This document shows positions 38,806-48,471 of a DNA stretch of 64,000 nt, in pieces. A program made the position numbers and the translations under genes. Source of the DNA: a virus. The notes below the pieces were generated by a model. The model made no database searches and was not told where the DNA came from. It saw nothing but the letters and a program-made list of their open reading frames with translations. The first letter of the stretch is position 1, and every line of letters starts with the position of its first letter. The stretch covers positions 1 to 64,000 of the IMG/VR virus record IMGVR_UViG_3300032883_000188; one strand, written 5' to 3'.

Positions 38806-38859
38806 GTGTGCTCCCATAAAAGGAAGGGTGAGGCGTTTTGCCCCACCCTTCCAAATTAT

Positions 38860-39069
38860 TTATTTTTTCAATGCGTCTTTAAGACCGGAAACAACAGCTT
38901 TTGCCGCCTCTTCAACGGTTAAAGAACCGATTACCACAAGCAGGATAGCATCGATGGCTACCCAAATATCCTGCGGTACTTTGAAGTAATTAAGCACAAG
39001 CGTCTGTAGCAGAGCTACAACTGCCAGCCAAAAAGTTCTATTCTTAAGTAATGCTAAAATTCCACTCAT
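38860..39069 (-). CDS. holin-like small membrane protein
   Basis: LLKNRTFW followed by two TM segments. Confidence 0.6.
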   Translation of the reverse strand: MSGILALLKNRTFWLAVVALLQTLVLNYFKVPQDIWVAIDAILLVVIGSLTVEEAAKAVVSGLKDALKK

Positions 39070-39085
39070 TTTTTATTTCTCCTTT

Positions 39086-40015
39086 TTATGATATTACATC
39101 AAAACCGAATTCTGTTTTTCCTGAAATAAAAGCTAACTTCATTTCCTTCATTAATTTCCAAAAGTTAGCTCTTTCCCCGGCATTTGTTTTTATGTCGTTT
39201 AACAAATCGAGATGATATAGATATAGTTTTGCAAATTTATATATATCGTTTATTTTTACTATACTTATTTTTACAGTAAAGGCTTTTTTTAATTCTTTTT
39301 TGTTCCATTCTCCGCTATCAGACCAGACAACATTGTCATACATTTTTCCGTAAATCATATCATATAATTTTTGTAAAATTAAAACCATATGTAAAGTAAT
39401 CTCTTTAAACCCCATATGTATAACACCATTACCCATAACAGGTTCTATTTTAAAAAACAAAAAGTTTTGCATTTTTATTACCATTTTATATAAAGAAATA
39501 AGTTTTTTAATTGCGGCTTTGTCTCCTATTGTTTCGGTTTCTGAAAAATTATATACCGTAACACCACCAACAGAAAGAATATCTTTTTTACCAGAGTGAA
39601 CTTTAATTTCTGTTGATATTGCTAATAAGTCAGCCATCGGGTTTGTGCTTTTTTCCAAGCCAAACAATTTTGCTTCTATAAATTCCCCATACCAACCGCC
39701 CATTGCTCTTGCGTCATGTATGTTTTTAAATTGAGATGTTTCTACATCTATGTAAGATTTTTCAATCATTTCATTCAAAAGGTCAACCGACATAGCCGCC
39801 GCAATATTTTCTTTTACATAATTTATTATAATTTCTTTTTTATCAAGATACATTTTTTGAAATTCATTTCCGGGGGTAAACTTTTTTCCGTCTGCATCTT
39901 GAAGTAATGTTGCCGCCTGTTCTTTTATCTTTTTATCAAGCCATTGCTCCAACTCGGGGAGGGTCATGGTTTGTCCGGTCTCTTCGTTGGTTACTGTTAT
40001 ATCGTTATAGGGCAT
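39086..40015 (-). CDS. MutH/Sau3AI/MvaI-like PD-(D/E)XK nuclease candidate
   Basis: G..GEFIE..L.G........ADL.....EIK. Confidence 0.5.
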   Translation of the reverse strand: MPYNDITVTNEETGQTMTLPELEQWLDKKIKEQAATLLQDADGKKFTPGNEFQKMYLDKKEIIINYVKENIAAAMSVDLLNEMIEKSYIDVETSQFKNIHDARAMGGWYGEFIEAKLFGLEKSTNPMADLLAISTEIKVHSGKKDILSVGGVTVYNFSETETIGDKAAIKKLISLYKMVIKMQNFLFFKIEPVMGNGVIHMGFKEITLHMVLILQKLYDMIYGKMYDNVVWSDSGEWNKKELKKAFTVKISIVKINDIYKFAKLYLYHLDLLNDIKTNAGERANFWKLMKEMKLAFISGKTEFGFDVIS

Positions 40016-40032
40016 AATCCCTCCTTACAAGG

Positions 40033-40239
40033 TTAAATCTCTTCTTCTTTTCTGCGTCTCCTCTTTTGTTCCACTTCCCGCTCATACTCACAGTTCTTGT
40101 TCGAACAGGAGATATGCTCCTTGGGAGTGGTAACCCGTATTCCATCGATTAATGTTACGATGTCCAGCACCCTTACTTGTAGTACTTTCCCGCATTCAGG
40201 ACAGCGCTCTTTCAGGGTGTGTTTCAACCTGCCAATCAT
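40033..40239 (-). CDS. Zn-ribbon protein
   Basis: CPECG...CSNKNC. Confidence 0.65.
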   Translation of the reverse strand: MIGRLKHTLKERCPECGKVLQVRVLDIVTLIDGIRVTTPKEHISCSNKNCEYEREVEQKRRRRKEEEI

Positions 40240-40241
40240 GG

Positions 40242-40790
40242 TTACGCTGTACCCTTAATGGCATCCTGCAAAATAGAAGAATTCTCGATTTTTTCGGCAA
40301 GTTCCTTGGTGTTCTTTTGAAGCGTTTCAATTTGCTCCGGGCTGACATTGGCAACCTTGTCCAGCAAGTCCTGCAATTTCTCAATGAAATTGGTAAGAAC
40401 TGCGCCAGCAGTCTTTTGTGCCTTGACCTCATCAATAACATATCTCAGTTTTTGCATGAAAGCGCCATAATTTACAATGCGAGAAGTTATTGCGTCTACA
40501 AAATCAGGGTCAGCATAGAGTTCTTTATCGAGACTTTCCACTTCCAAATTTGTATTGGCTTGAAAGATATAGTTCAAAAGTTCGAACTGCGCCTCAAAGT
40601 ATGCATACTTAGAACCGGAAACAACCCCATCCACGGTTTCGAAGTAGGTTGTCAAGTAATGATTTACCAGAAACGCCTGTTCTGCCATGGTCAAGAAGGG
40701 GTCTATTTCAATCTCAACACCCTTATAAACCGCCCTTATCTTTTCCATGGGCTTGTATTCGAATTTAACCTTATCCATTTGAATCTCCAT
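40242..40790 (-). CDS. hypothetical protein (possible tail assembly chaperone)
   Basis: Located between the tail tube gene and TMP. Confidence 0.55.
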   Translation of the reverse strand: MEIQMDKVKFEYKPMEKIRAVYKGVEIEIDPFLTMAEQAFLVNHYLTTYFETVDGVVSGSKYAYFEAQFELLNYIFQANTNLEVESLDKELYADPDFVDAITSRIVNYGAFMQKLRYVIDEVKAQKTAGAVLTNFIEKLQDLLDKVANVSPEQIETLQKNTKELAEKIENSSILQDAIKGTA

Positions 40791-40804
40791 ATTGGGAATT
40801 AAAA

Positions 40805-40838
40805 AAGTACACCGCTGTCTTTAGACAACGGTGTACTT
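40805..40838 (-). terminator. intrinsic terminator
   Basis: AAGTACACCG-loop-CGGTGTACTT with a U-tract on the - strand. Confidence 0.7.
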
Positions 40839-40843
40839 ATTGT

Positions 40844-41080
40844 TTATAAAGGGATAATATCCCCTATTTTTGCTTTCTTGTTTTCTTCGGTAATGCCAAC
40901 TCTGTAGCCATTACCATTGCTGTCCACCAGATACAGGTGTCCCTTTGCAATACTGTAAACTTTCGCCTCTAGTTTTTTGGAGGCGGGTTTACTCCTGACG
41001 GGTTCTTGTACGGGTTTGTCCTCTTCTTTGAGAACATCCTCGTCCTCGAAAATATTCATTTCGTCTTTCTTTTTAGCCAC
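40844..41080 (-). CDS. hypothetical protein
   Basis: GGAGG RBS, GTG start. Confidence 0.65.
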   Translation of the reverse strand: MAKKKDEMNIFEDEDVLKEEDKPVQEPVRSKPASKKLEAKVYSIAKGHLYLVDSNGNGYRVGITEENKKAKIGDIIPL

Positions 41081-41098
41081 TTTTTACCTCCAAACAAG

Positions 41099-41118
41099 AG
41101 GGCGGGTTACCCCGCCCA
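41099..41118 (-). repeat. 20-bp GNRA hairpin, identical copy at 45431-45450
   Basis: AGGGCGGGTTACCCCGCCCA in both intergenic positions. Confidence 0.8.
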
Positions 41119-41129
41119 ATTTTAGATTG

Positions 41130-42245
41130 TTATGGTACTACTGTTACAGTAACGAATGTGTCAATTCCGGTATTGCCGTGGATTTTTGCACTGAATTGTG
41201 CTGTACCCGTTTGTAATGCCGCAGTGATGACACCCGTGGTTGCATTGATGGTTGTGCCTGTAGCAGTTGGAGAACCAACCAAGGCAAAGTCAATTTCACC
41301 ACCATAAGGGGCTTTGAAAGCCGCACCTGATGTTGGAACTGCATAAACGTTCAGGGTAGAGTTAGTGCTCTTTGGCATACTGAAATCACCGCCAATTACG
41401 CTCAAACCGATAACATTATCGTACCAGTTGGCGGCTGAGATGACTTCAATAATCTTGGCGTAGTAAGGCTCGTTCGCGCAAGCGTCCGTGCCGGGCGCGC
41501 CGTTATAAGCCAATGCACTTGCGGTCAAAGGTGTGTTGGACACGCCATCAGACTTCATTGAGATAGTGAAAGCACCAGACAGGGTTACGGTTGGAGCAAT
41601 AATCTGCACAACACCAATCTTGTTGGTGGTAACATCAGCAGAGTTCAACTGAGTTTCCATGACAAGTTTGATAACTTTTGGAATCATGTTGGCACTGACG
41701 GTTACGTAGCTTGCCGCAGACTTCAAAGCGTAATAGCGAACACAAACCTTATCTCCTGTTGTTACAGGGTCTTTACCACCACTAAGAACGTTAGGGGAAG
41801 TATCGGAAGTAAACGCCTTGGCTGTGAAAGTACCGGGATAAGTATAACCCGCGGCGGTAACAGCCCAACCCAAAATGGCAACTTTGCCATACTGTACAAG
41901 CGGAGTGTCGGTGACGTTGTTCAGAACAAACGGAGACGCGCCGCCACCGCTGGCAACTGTAACACTTTCTTCCTCATAAATATTAATACCTGTACCAACA
42001 TCTGAACCAATTGTTGCGCCCAACATCTGCAAGTTCCATTGGGTATCTGTCAGATTGAACTTCATTTCGCCAGTGTGGTAATAGACATATTGCAACTGAT
42101 TACCACGCCCACCACGTACAGGCGTAGAACCGAGAGTAACATCAATGGAGCTATCCAGCAATGTTTTCGCGGTGAATACAATAGCATCGTTATTGTCATA
42201 ACCATAGACATTAGCGACACTTGTCAAGAATTTTCTTATAGCCAT
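41130..42245 (-). CDS. major tail tube protein with C-terminal Ig-like domain
   Basis: Position; G/T/A-rich; RGG.GN.L..YYH; TG.ITA..TGTA...VTVTV. Confidence 0.75.
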   Translation of the reverse strand: MAIRKFLTSVANVYGYDNNDAIVFTAKTLLDSSIDVTLGSTPVRGGRGNQLQYVYYHTGEMKFNLTDTQWNLQMLGATIGSDVGTGINIYEEESVTVASGGGASPFVLNNVTDTPLVQYGKVAILGWAVTAAGYTYPGTFTAKAFTSDTSPNVLSGGKDPVTTGDKVCVRYYALKSAASYVTVSANMIPKVIKLVMETQLNSADVTTNKIGVVQIIAPTVTLSGAFTISMKSDGVSNTPLTASALAYNGAPGTDACANEPYYAKIIEVISAANWYDNVIGLSVIGGDFSMPKSTNSTLNVYAVPTSGAAFKAPYGGEIDFALVGSPTATGTTINATTGVITAALQTGTAQFSAKIHGNTGIDTFVTVTVVP

Positions 42246-42260
42246 AAGATTTCAAACCTC

Positions 42261-43061
42261 CTAATTTTGTGGTAGAGCACTCTTTTTAGCGCTCTCTAAA
42301 GAAAGGATATTTTCAATTGTAGTTAACTCTACGGAAACATCCTTGTATTTATTATCTTCTAGTCCAGACAGCCAGTGTTTTATAAATGACTTGTCCTTGA
42401 ATTCAACCATGCCAGACATGGAAGCAGATAGAAAGATTTTGTAATGAATATAAGTATCCAGCCTTCTGAGACATTTTGTAAATTTCTTCACGCTCATGGA
42501 GTAAACATACTCGAGCGTCCAACCTGTGACGATAGAAAGTGAGACGATGTAATCCTCAAGGGAAGCCTGTGTTTCACCGGATATTTTTCTTTTATATTCC
42601 TTGGCATCATCCAGTGAATCTCTTACCTCTTTGGATACATTTTCATCCGGTATTTCTATGTCATTCTGCAAACAGATTATCTTTTTTAACTCATCATAAT
42701 CTTTGCTGTTATATTTCCTGTTTCCAATCGTGAAATACGGTTTTCCTTTTTCATCATAATTGAATCTGGTTATGCTCTTTTCAGGTTCTTTGAATTCATC
42801 GGCATTGTCTTTTAAACAAAGCCCCAAGAGCCTGTCGAACAAAACCAATGGTGCATTCACCTCCGCTTGTTGGGTAAGATAGAACAGGTATTCCAGTTCG
42901 GTCATTGTCAGTATTTTTGCATCTGGAATGCTGTTTTTATCCAGCAAAAAGCATTGCTCATAAGTCATCAGGTTCATATAGTCTTTTAGATATACCGGAT
43001 ATAAGGTTAAGTCCTTATAAGTAATTGGCAAATCAAAGGTAATGCTGTTTGTAATGTCCAT
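42261..43061 (-). CDS. virion morphogenesis protein
   Basis: ORF in the neck/tail block. Confidence 0.6.
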   Translation of the reverse strand: MDITNSITFDLPITYKDLTLYPVYLKDYMNLMTYEQCFLLDKNSIPDAKILTMTELEYLFYLTQQAEVNAPLVLFDRLLGLCLKDNADEFKEPEKSITRFNYDEKGKPYFTIGNRKYNSKDYDELKKIICLQNDIEIPDENVSKEVRDSLDDAKEYKRKISGETQASLEDYIVSLSIVTGWTLEYVYSMSVKKFTKCLRRLDTYIHYKIFLSASMSGMVEFKDKSFIKHWLSGLEDNKYKDVSVELTTIENILSLESAKKSALPQN

Positions 43062-43070
43062 TTTTGTCCC

Positions 43071-43640
43071 TTATGCTGAATAGGTTGAGAAGAATATCTG
43101 TTTGCCTCCAAAGGGTATCTGCCCTGTTGAAATTGCTCTGGAACTCTGGTCAGCCATTTTGTCAAAACTTAAAAGTCCCAAACCCCCGATATCCACACCA
43201 TTAAAAAGAGCAAGTAACTCTTCGGTAATCGTATCGACCCGGGTCTGGTAATTTGTCAGGTGGTTTATTTTATAGTGCGCATATACTTCCATGCTAACCT
43301 CTATATAACCAAGAGTTCTGTTCATGCCAATTGCCCCGTAAGGGCATATCCTTACCATGGCAACTTCTTTTGTTAAAACGTCCGGCTGTTTTACATCCAT
43401 GAAGACATTAAATTCGGATGTATCTTTTTGTCCAGCATATATCAACGCCCCTTTTTCTACCTGTGTTAAATCTGGTTTACTCCAAGCATCCGGGGTCGTA
43501 TGTTTTAACAACTTCCAAATCAATTCATTGTTATCCATCATGTATTTTACACAATTGTAGGATAGTTTTGAAAATTGTCTGAACTTATTATAGGCGTCCT
43601 CCCCAATGTCGGGGATTGGAATTAGATTAGGCAATGTCAT
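43071..43640 (-). CDS. tail completion/terminator-like protein
   Basis: Position; RVD.I.EE...LFNG. Confidence 0.55.
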   Translation of the reverse strand: MTLPNLIPIPDIGEDAYNKFRQFSKLSYNCVKYMMDNNELIWKLLKHTTPDAWSKPDLTQVEKGALIYAGQKDTSEFNVFMDVKQPDVLTKEVAMVRICPYGAIGMNRTLGYIEVSMEVYAHYKINHLTNYQTRVDTITEELLALFNGVDIGGLGLLSFDKMADQSSRAISTGQIPFGGKQIFFSTYSA

Positions 43641-44940
43641 TCAACCACGCTCCTCTCAGATAAATGTCAAACGCTTTTATGTTTGCTCCGCTTGTGCAGG
43701 TTATGGTTAGATAGGAATCAACACATCTCAAAACATTTACGATTGAGAAATGATTACCATCGGTCTCCAAGAACCTGTAACTGGTTGCAGGTACACTGCG
43801 CGCATTTATCGAATAAGTAAAGGTATCTGTTTGTATAGCATTGTCCTCATATAAATAGACAGTGAACGCCTGTGTAACGCCTTCCAAGACATAGTTAATG
43901 TTTGGATTAAGCACCACATCGTTGTTTATTGCTGGTGTAGCTTTAACTGTTACCGAACAAGTATCGCTTGTCGTGTTGTCTACAATGTTTACAGTAATAG
44001 TACAATTACCGTTCTTAATAAACGTGACCAAGCCTGTAGCACTTACTGTGGCAATGGTAGTATTACTACTTGTCCATGCAAGTGGTCTTGTAATTGTATC
44101 GCCGTTATAAGTAACCACTGCGGACAATTGAAATGTATCTGCCACTGCGCCTTCAAGAGCATCCCTGCTGATGGTCAGCGTATAAAGATTCTTATAAACA
44201 TCCGCAATACCATTAACAATATCGTCCAGCGAATCGTTGACAAAGTTTGCCGCTAAATCCAGCGACAAAACGTTGGCACTGCTATTATCAAGGGTTTCCT
44301 GATTTTTAAAATCATTCAAACCTGTTGCCACAACCTTGTAGCAAGTCCAATGCTCACGATTACCGAATAGGAAACGCTGGTTTTCGTTTATAAGATTGGT
44401 TCTTTCGTTAAACTGTGTAAAAATCTTGACGAAGCCCCCGGGTGTCATGAACGGAGAACCGCCTGTGGCATAATCCCTTGGCTCTTTGACCATATATTCG
44501 ATTGAGCATGGCTCTATATAATAAGCACCTGTTTTTTCATCAAGCCACCTGAGAGTATTATTGCATCTACGAATAGTTGCTGTACCAGCAAGGTTCTTTA
44601 TCACTTCCGTGTTGATGGTAAGCCAGTAGTTGTTATCGAACTTGTAATATTTTCCAAGTTCTATTTCGTGGTCTATATCTCTGAACAGCAAAGACTTCCA
44701 GTCATCCCCCAACTTTAAACCTGTTTCAGCATTAATAAGTGTGGTAATGCGAACATCCATTGGTTGATAAACTTGAGAACCAATAGCTGTTTCTTCCTCT
44801 ATGTTCCACCAATCGGAAGAATTGTAAAACTGTTGATTCAAAGTTTCTTGAAACAGGTCAACATATTGCTTCTTCGGGTCTGTGCCTCCCGCTGGTTGAG
44901 CGGCTTGGGAAGCAGGTATGTATTTATAGTTATAGCTCAT
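43627..44940 (-). CDS. head-closure/neck protein with BIG2 Ig-like domain
   Basis: WTSSNTTIATVSATGLVT...G..TITV. Confidence 0.7.
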   Translation of the reverse strand: MSYNYKYIPASQAAQPAGGTDPKKQYVDLFQETLNQQFYNSSDWWNIEEETAIGSQVYQPMDVRITTLINAETGLKLGDDWKSLLFRDIDHEIELGKYYKFDNNYWLTINTEVIKNLAGTATIRRCNNTLRWLDEKTGAYYIEPCSIEYMVKEPRDYATGGSPFMTPGGFVKIFTQFNERTNLINENQRFLFGNREHWTCYKVVATGLNDFKNQETLDNSSANVLSLDLAANFVNDSLDDIVNGIADVYKNLYTLTISRDALEGAVADTFQLSAVVTYNGDTITRPLAWTSSNTTIATVSATGLVTFIKNGNCTITVNIVDNTTSDTCSVTVKATPAINNDVVLNPNINYVLEGVTQAFTVYLYEDNAIQTDTFTYSINARSVPATSYRFLETDGNHFSIVNVLRCVDSYLTITCTSGANIKAFDIYLRGAWLNDIA

Positions 44941-44942
44941 GG

Positions 44943-45398
44943 TTAGCCCCCAAATTCTTGATTACGCCATTCGTCCCAAGTGACTCTTTTATAGCCATAA
45001 TCCTGTAACAGTTGAGAGCACTGTTCTTTGATAACATTCAAATATGAAGCTTTTTCCCTTAGGTTCATTGACTCGGAAGCAACCTTAAAGTCCCTATCCG
45101 TGACATGCAGGTTCATTTGAGTTATATCATTTACATTCTTTTGTAACCAATACTTCATCATCAGGGTAGCTAGTATGATTTTATTCTCTCTGGTCAAAAT
45201 AACGGTAAACAAGCCCGTCTCTTCGTCATAATCTAAAGCTTGGTCGCATATGCTGAACTCAGCAATTGAGTATTCCAGCCATGCTTGAAGATAATTTTCG
45301 AAATCTGGTTCTGAGGTATTGAAGAGGTCAATTAACCTGTAGTCATTAACGAGTTGCATGAAGAGGTCATAGACCTCGCTTACATAAGTATTTGCCAT
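44943..45398 (-). CDS. head-tail adaptor-like protein
   Basis: Position after the capsid block, helical. Confidence 0.55.
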   Translation of the reverse strand: MANTYVSEVYDLFMQLVNDYRLIDLFNTSEPDFENYLQAWLEYSIAEFSICDQALDYDEETGLFTVILTRENKIILATLMMKYWLQKNVNDITQMNLHVTDRDFKVASESMNLREKASYLNVIKEQCSQLLQDYGYKRVTWDEWRNQEFGG

Positions 45399-45461
45399 CA
45401 GACCCTCCTTTCTTCAATTATCAAATATGTAGGGCGGGTTACCCCGCCCATTTTATTTGGT

Positions 45462-46100
45462 TTATTCTCTTGTTGGTTCTTGTATTGGGGCTGATTCAGG
45501 AGATATTAAAAATCTACCGTCCTCTACCTTTTCCATTATCTTAACGCCGGAAGCACGACTGAGTTTGTCGATAATATTCAAATCAATACTGTTTGGGTAT
45601 TGAATAAGTTTGCTTACGACCAAATCAATGATGACGCTCTTTTGCTTATCGTTAGCGGAAGTATAGAGTGCTACAGTCTCAGAAGACCCTTCAAGAATTT
45701 GTTCGATTTTTTCCTTGGTGAGAAGTTTATTGTACGCCTCGTCAAGTCCATGGATACGAACGACCTTCGGGTTAAGGATGATAAAATAACCGTTTTTTAG
45801 GAATTCAGCATTAACTTCAATGATATCTACCAAATCCGAATATATTATTCTTTTAACTTGATAAAGATTATCGAACCTGTAAACTTTACCCTGCCCTCTT
45901 TCACGAGTGCATAAGTTAAGACGCCAGCCCAATAAGCTCATTACCTTGATATATTCAGTTTGACCGACAACAAGGTTATCTTCTTTGTCAAGACTTTCCT
46001 TGCTTTCATATACTGCCAATCTGTCTTCCAGTTCTTTCACGTAAGCGTTGTGGTCATTGCCAGCCGCTACTTTTTTAGTACCATTAGTACTTCTAGCCAT
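45462..46100 (-). CDS. hypothetical protein downstream of the capsid gene
   Basis: AAGGAG RBS, 212 aa. Confidence 0.7.
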   Translation of the reverse strand: MARSTNGTKKVAAGNDHNAYVKELEDRLAVYESKESLDKEDNLVVGQTEYIKVMSLLGWRLNLCTRERGQGKVYRFDNLYQVKRIIYSDLVDIIEVNAEFLKNGYFIILNPKVVRIHGLDEAYNKLLTKEKIEQILEGSSETVALYTSANDKQKSVIIDLVVSKLIQYPNSIDLNIIDKLSRASGVKIMEKVEDGRFLISPESAPIQEPTRE

Positions 46101-46120
46101 TTTAAACTCCTTGGTTTATG

Positions 46121-46145
46121 AAAGGGCTGGCATTTCGCCAGCCCC
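46121..46145 (-). terminator. hairpin/terminator after the major capsid gene
   Basis: GGGGCTGGC-GAAAT-GCCAGCCCTTT. Confidence 0.6.
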
Positions 46146-46158
46146 ATTCATTATAAAA

Positions 46159-47298
46159 TTAAGCAATATTAATTCTTGCACCAACAGCGTTGGTTGCAAT
46201 AGCAGAACCCCAAGACTTAGTTAAAGTAGAGGTCTGTAGTAAGTTTGCATTTGCATATACATCCGTGGTGTAAGCAAGGGTGCTTCCTTCCAATACTGCC
46301 TTTACAAGTTTCTGTGAAGAAGGAGAGATGATGTAAATATCAGTATCAGAAAGCTTCAGTGCAAATGGGTTAGTCCAATCGGCAATCTGTGGGATAACCA
46401 TAAGGTCAACACCAGCAAGAGTGCGGATATAGCCAATCTTCAGGTATTCGCTTTCAACATCATAACGATAGTTAGCATCGTTAGGGAATACGGTAGAAAG
46501 GGCATTCAGTGTGCCAATAGCAATAGCCTTAGCGCCACCATTCCATGCGGTAACTTTCTGTGAAAGATTGACGAAATCGGACTGTGTATAACCAGTTACC
46601 TGTAAACCAGTTACAGCGGTAGAGCTAAGAGCCGCCATAGCGGTTGTGAAGGTGCTGTATACATCGTATGTAAAGGCAAGTTCCATAGAGCGAACAACCT
46701 TGGCTACGAATTCGGCAAGGGATTCCTTACCAGCAAGAACACGGTAGAGTGAAACACCAACGGTGATTTCACGTGGCTCAGGATTGATGACAACCTGCCC
46801 CTTGAACTGCTTGCGCATTTCGGTAGAGCGCTTGCCACGACCAGCCTTGCTTACTACGAACAAATCACGAGGCTCAACATCGAATGCGGCAGAATCGCCC
46901 CATCCGATTGCACGTACATCACTGTACATGCCGATGCTCTCGATGATACTTTCAGGCAAAATCATGTCCACCATTGCAGAAACGATGGCGAAGGTAGCCC
47001 ACTTCAACATAGGGTGTGAAGCCCATGTTTCCAGAGGGAACTCGGCAAAGTTTGTAACATTGGCGATACGCATAACTTCGCGCTTGAAAGCGGCGTTCAT
47101 AGCCTCTTCCTTCTCAGCGAATGAGATGGAGACAACCTCGCCCTTATCGTTTACGGTTGTGGTCTGGAATTCAAGGTTCTTCGCCTTCTCGTTGATAGTG
47201 CGATACTGATTCCAGTAATCACGGAACTGCTTGTAAACTCCAAGATGCTCTTCACCACCTGCGAACAATACTACGTTTGCGGGAATTTTATAAGACAT
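46159..47298 (-). CDS. major capsid protein
   Basis: 379 aa after scaffold and decoration genes, AGGAGG RBS; start corrected to MSYKIP. Confidence 0.8.
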   Translation of the reverse strand: MSYKIPANVVLFAGGEEHLGVYKQFRDYWNQYRTINEKAKNLEFQTTTVNDKGEVVSISFAEKEEAMNAAFKREVMRIANVTNFAEFPLETWASHPMLKWATFAIVSAMVDMILPESIIESIGMYSDVRAIGWGDSAAFDVEPRDLFVVSKAGRGKRSTEMRKQFKGQVVINPEPREITVGVSLYRVLAGKESLAEFVAKVVRSMELAFTYDVYSTFTTAMAALSSTAVTGLQVTGYTQSDFVNLSQKVTAWNGGAKAIAIGTLNALSTVFPNDANYRYDVESEYLKIGYIRTLAGVDLMVIPQIADWTNPFALKLSDTDIYIISPSSQKLVKAVLEGSTLAYTTDVYANANLLQTSTLTKSWGSAIATNAVGARINIA

Positions 47299-47326
47299 TG
47301 TATTTTTCCTCCTATATGAATTTTGA

Positions 47327-47881
47327 TTAAAGACCCACAACTTCCATCGTGTAAGCGAGTAGGCGTTGTTCGTCTATAGCACCAGTAGCAATACTGATGT
47401 AATCGGTTGATAAATATTTGACAGAAAGTACAGAGGCGGTTTGAGAAGCACCCCATACGAATTTCCACTGTCCGTTCGTTGCATTTCCGTGGGTATTTCC
47501 AGCCCCACCCTTTGCACCCGTGAAGCAATCTGAACTCATTAACAAAATGTCATGAAGTTGTGGCAGAAATGCTGTAAATACATAGCGGGATGAACCGCTT
47601 GTTGCAGGTACAAGGAAGTTACGAACATCAGGGTCTAACCCACGATAGTTACCTGTCCTGACAAGTTCAGGCTCGTAAGCCATCCAAAGGTCAGTCAAAT
47701 GTGAGCCAGCCGCGGCTGGTTGTGTGGCAACCCATACTTCGCTTTCATCTGCAACAGCAGACTTGGTAAGCAGAGCCATGATATTGCCATTTTCTACTGC
47801 CGTTGCACAATATGCGGAACGTACCCAAGCATCTACGTTACTTGCGGCAATAAGTTTTGGGATAATAACACCATAAGCCAT
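47327..47881 (-). CDS. capsid decoration/cement paralog B
   Basis: ENGNI..L, W...PELV...NYRGLDPDVRNF. Confidence 0.65.
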   Translation of the reverse strand: MAYGVIIPKLIAASNVDAWVRSAYCATAVENGNIMALLTKSAVADESEVWVATQPAAAGSHLTDLWMAYEPELVRTGNYRGLDPDVRNFLVPATSGSSRYVFTAFLPQLHDILLMSSDCFTGAKGGAGNTHGNATNGQWKFVWGASQTASVLSVKYLSTDYISIATGAIDEQRLLAYTMEVVGL

Positions 47882-47913
47882 TAAATTTTCCTCCTTAGAT
47901 TATTGAGTCGCCG

Positions 47914-48453
47914 TTATACGTGAACGACTTCGAATTGATAGGCTACTATGCGCTGAGTATCGATACCACCAGTACCCAAGCTAAAGTAGGTTTTCTTTAA
48001 ATACTGCGCCGCAAAAATGCTTGAGCCAGCGCTCGCCGCCCATTCCATTTTTACACCACTTGCATCAGTACAGTTAACAAAAGCGCTTTCCGCTCCTGTG
48101 CCTGTTGCCAAACCATCACCAGTAATGGTGAATATGTCGTGAGCACGTGGTTGATAGATTGACATAATTCTAGTTGCTTTAACATAGAAGTTACGTACGT
48201 CAGGGTCAAGACCGCGATAGTTGCTAGTCCAGACAAGTTCAGGGTCATAGACCATCCAAACATCTGTCAGTCCAGCGCCTACAGACGGAGCAATTGCTGT
48301 CCAGACTTCTTTCTGTCCAGCGGCTACACCATAGGTGCTCAAAAGAACAATGTTGCCATTGTCCAAGTCCACCGCAGATACAGCAGAACGATTCAATGAA
48401 TCAATATTCGTTGCGGCAATCTGGTTGGGAACTAAAATTGCATGAGTTGCCAT
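47914..48453 (-). CDS. capsid decoration/cement paralog A
   Basis: DNGNI..L, W...PELV...NYRGLDPDVRNF. Confidence 0.65.
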   Translation of the reverse strand: MATHAILVPNQIAATNIDSLNRSAVSAVDLDNGNIVLLSTYGVAAGQKEVWTAIAPSVGAGLTDVWMVYDPELVWTSNYRGLDPDVRNFYVKATRIMSIYQPRAHDIFTITGDGLATGTGAESAFVNCTDASGVKMEWAASAGSSIFAAQYLKKTYFSLGTGGIDTQRIVAYQFEVVHV

Positions 48454-48471
48454 TGTTTATTTTCCTCCTTG

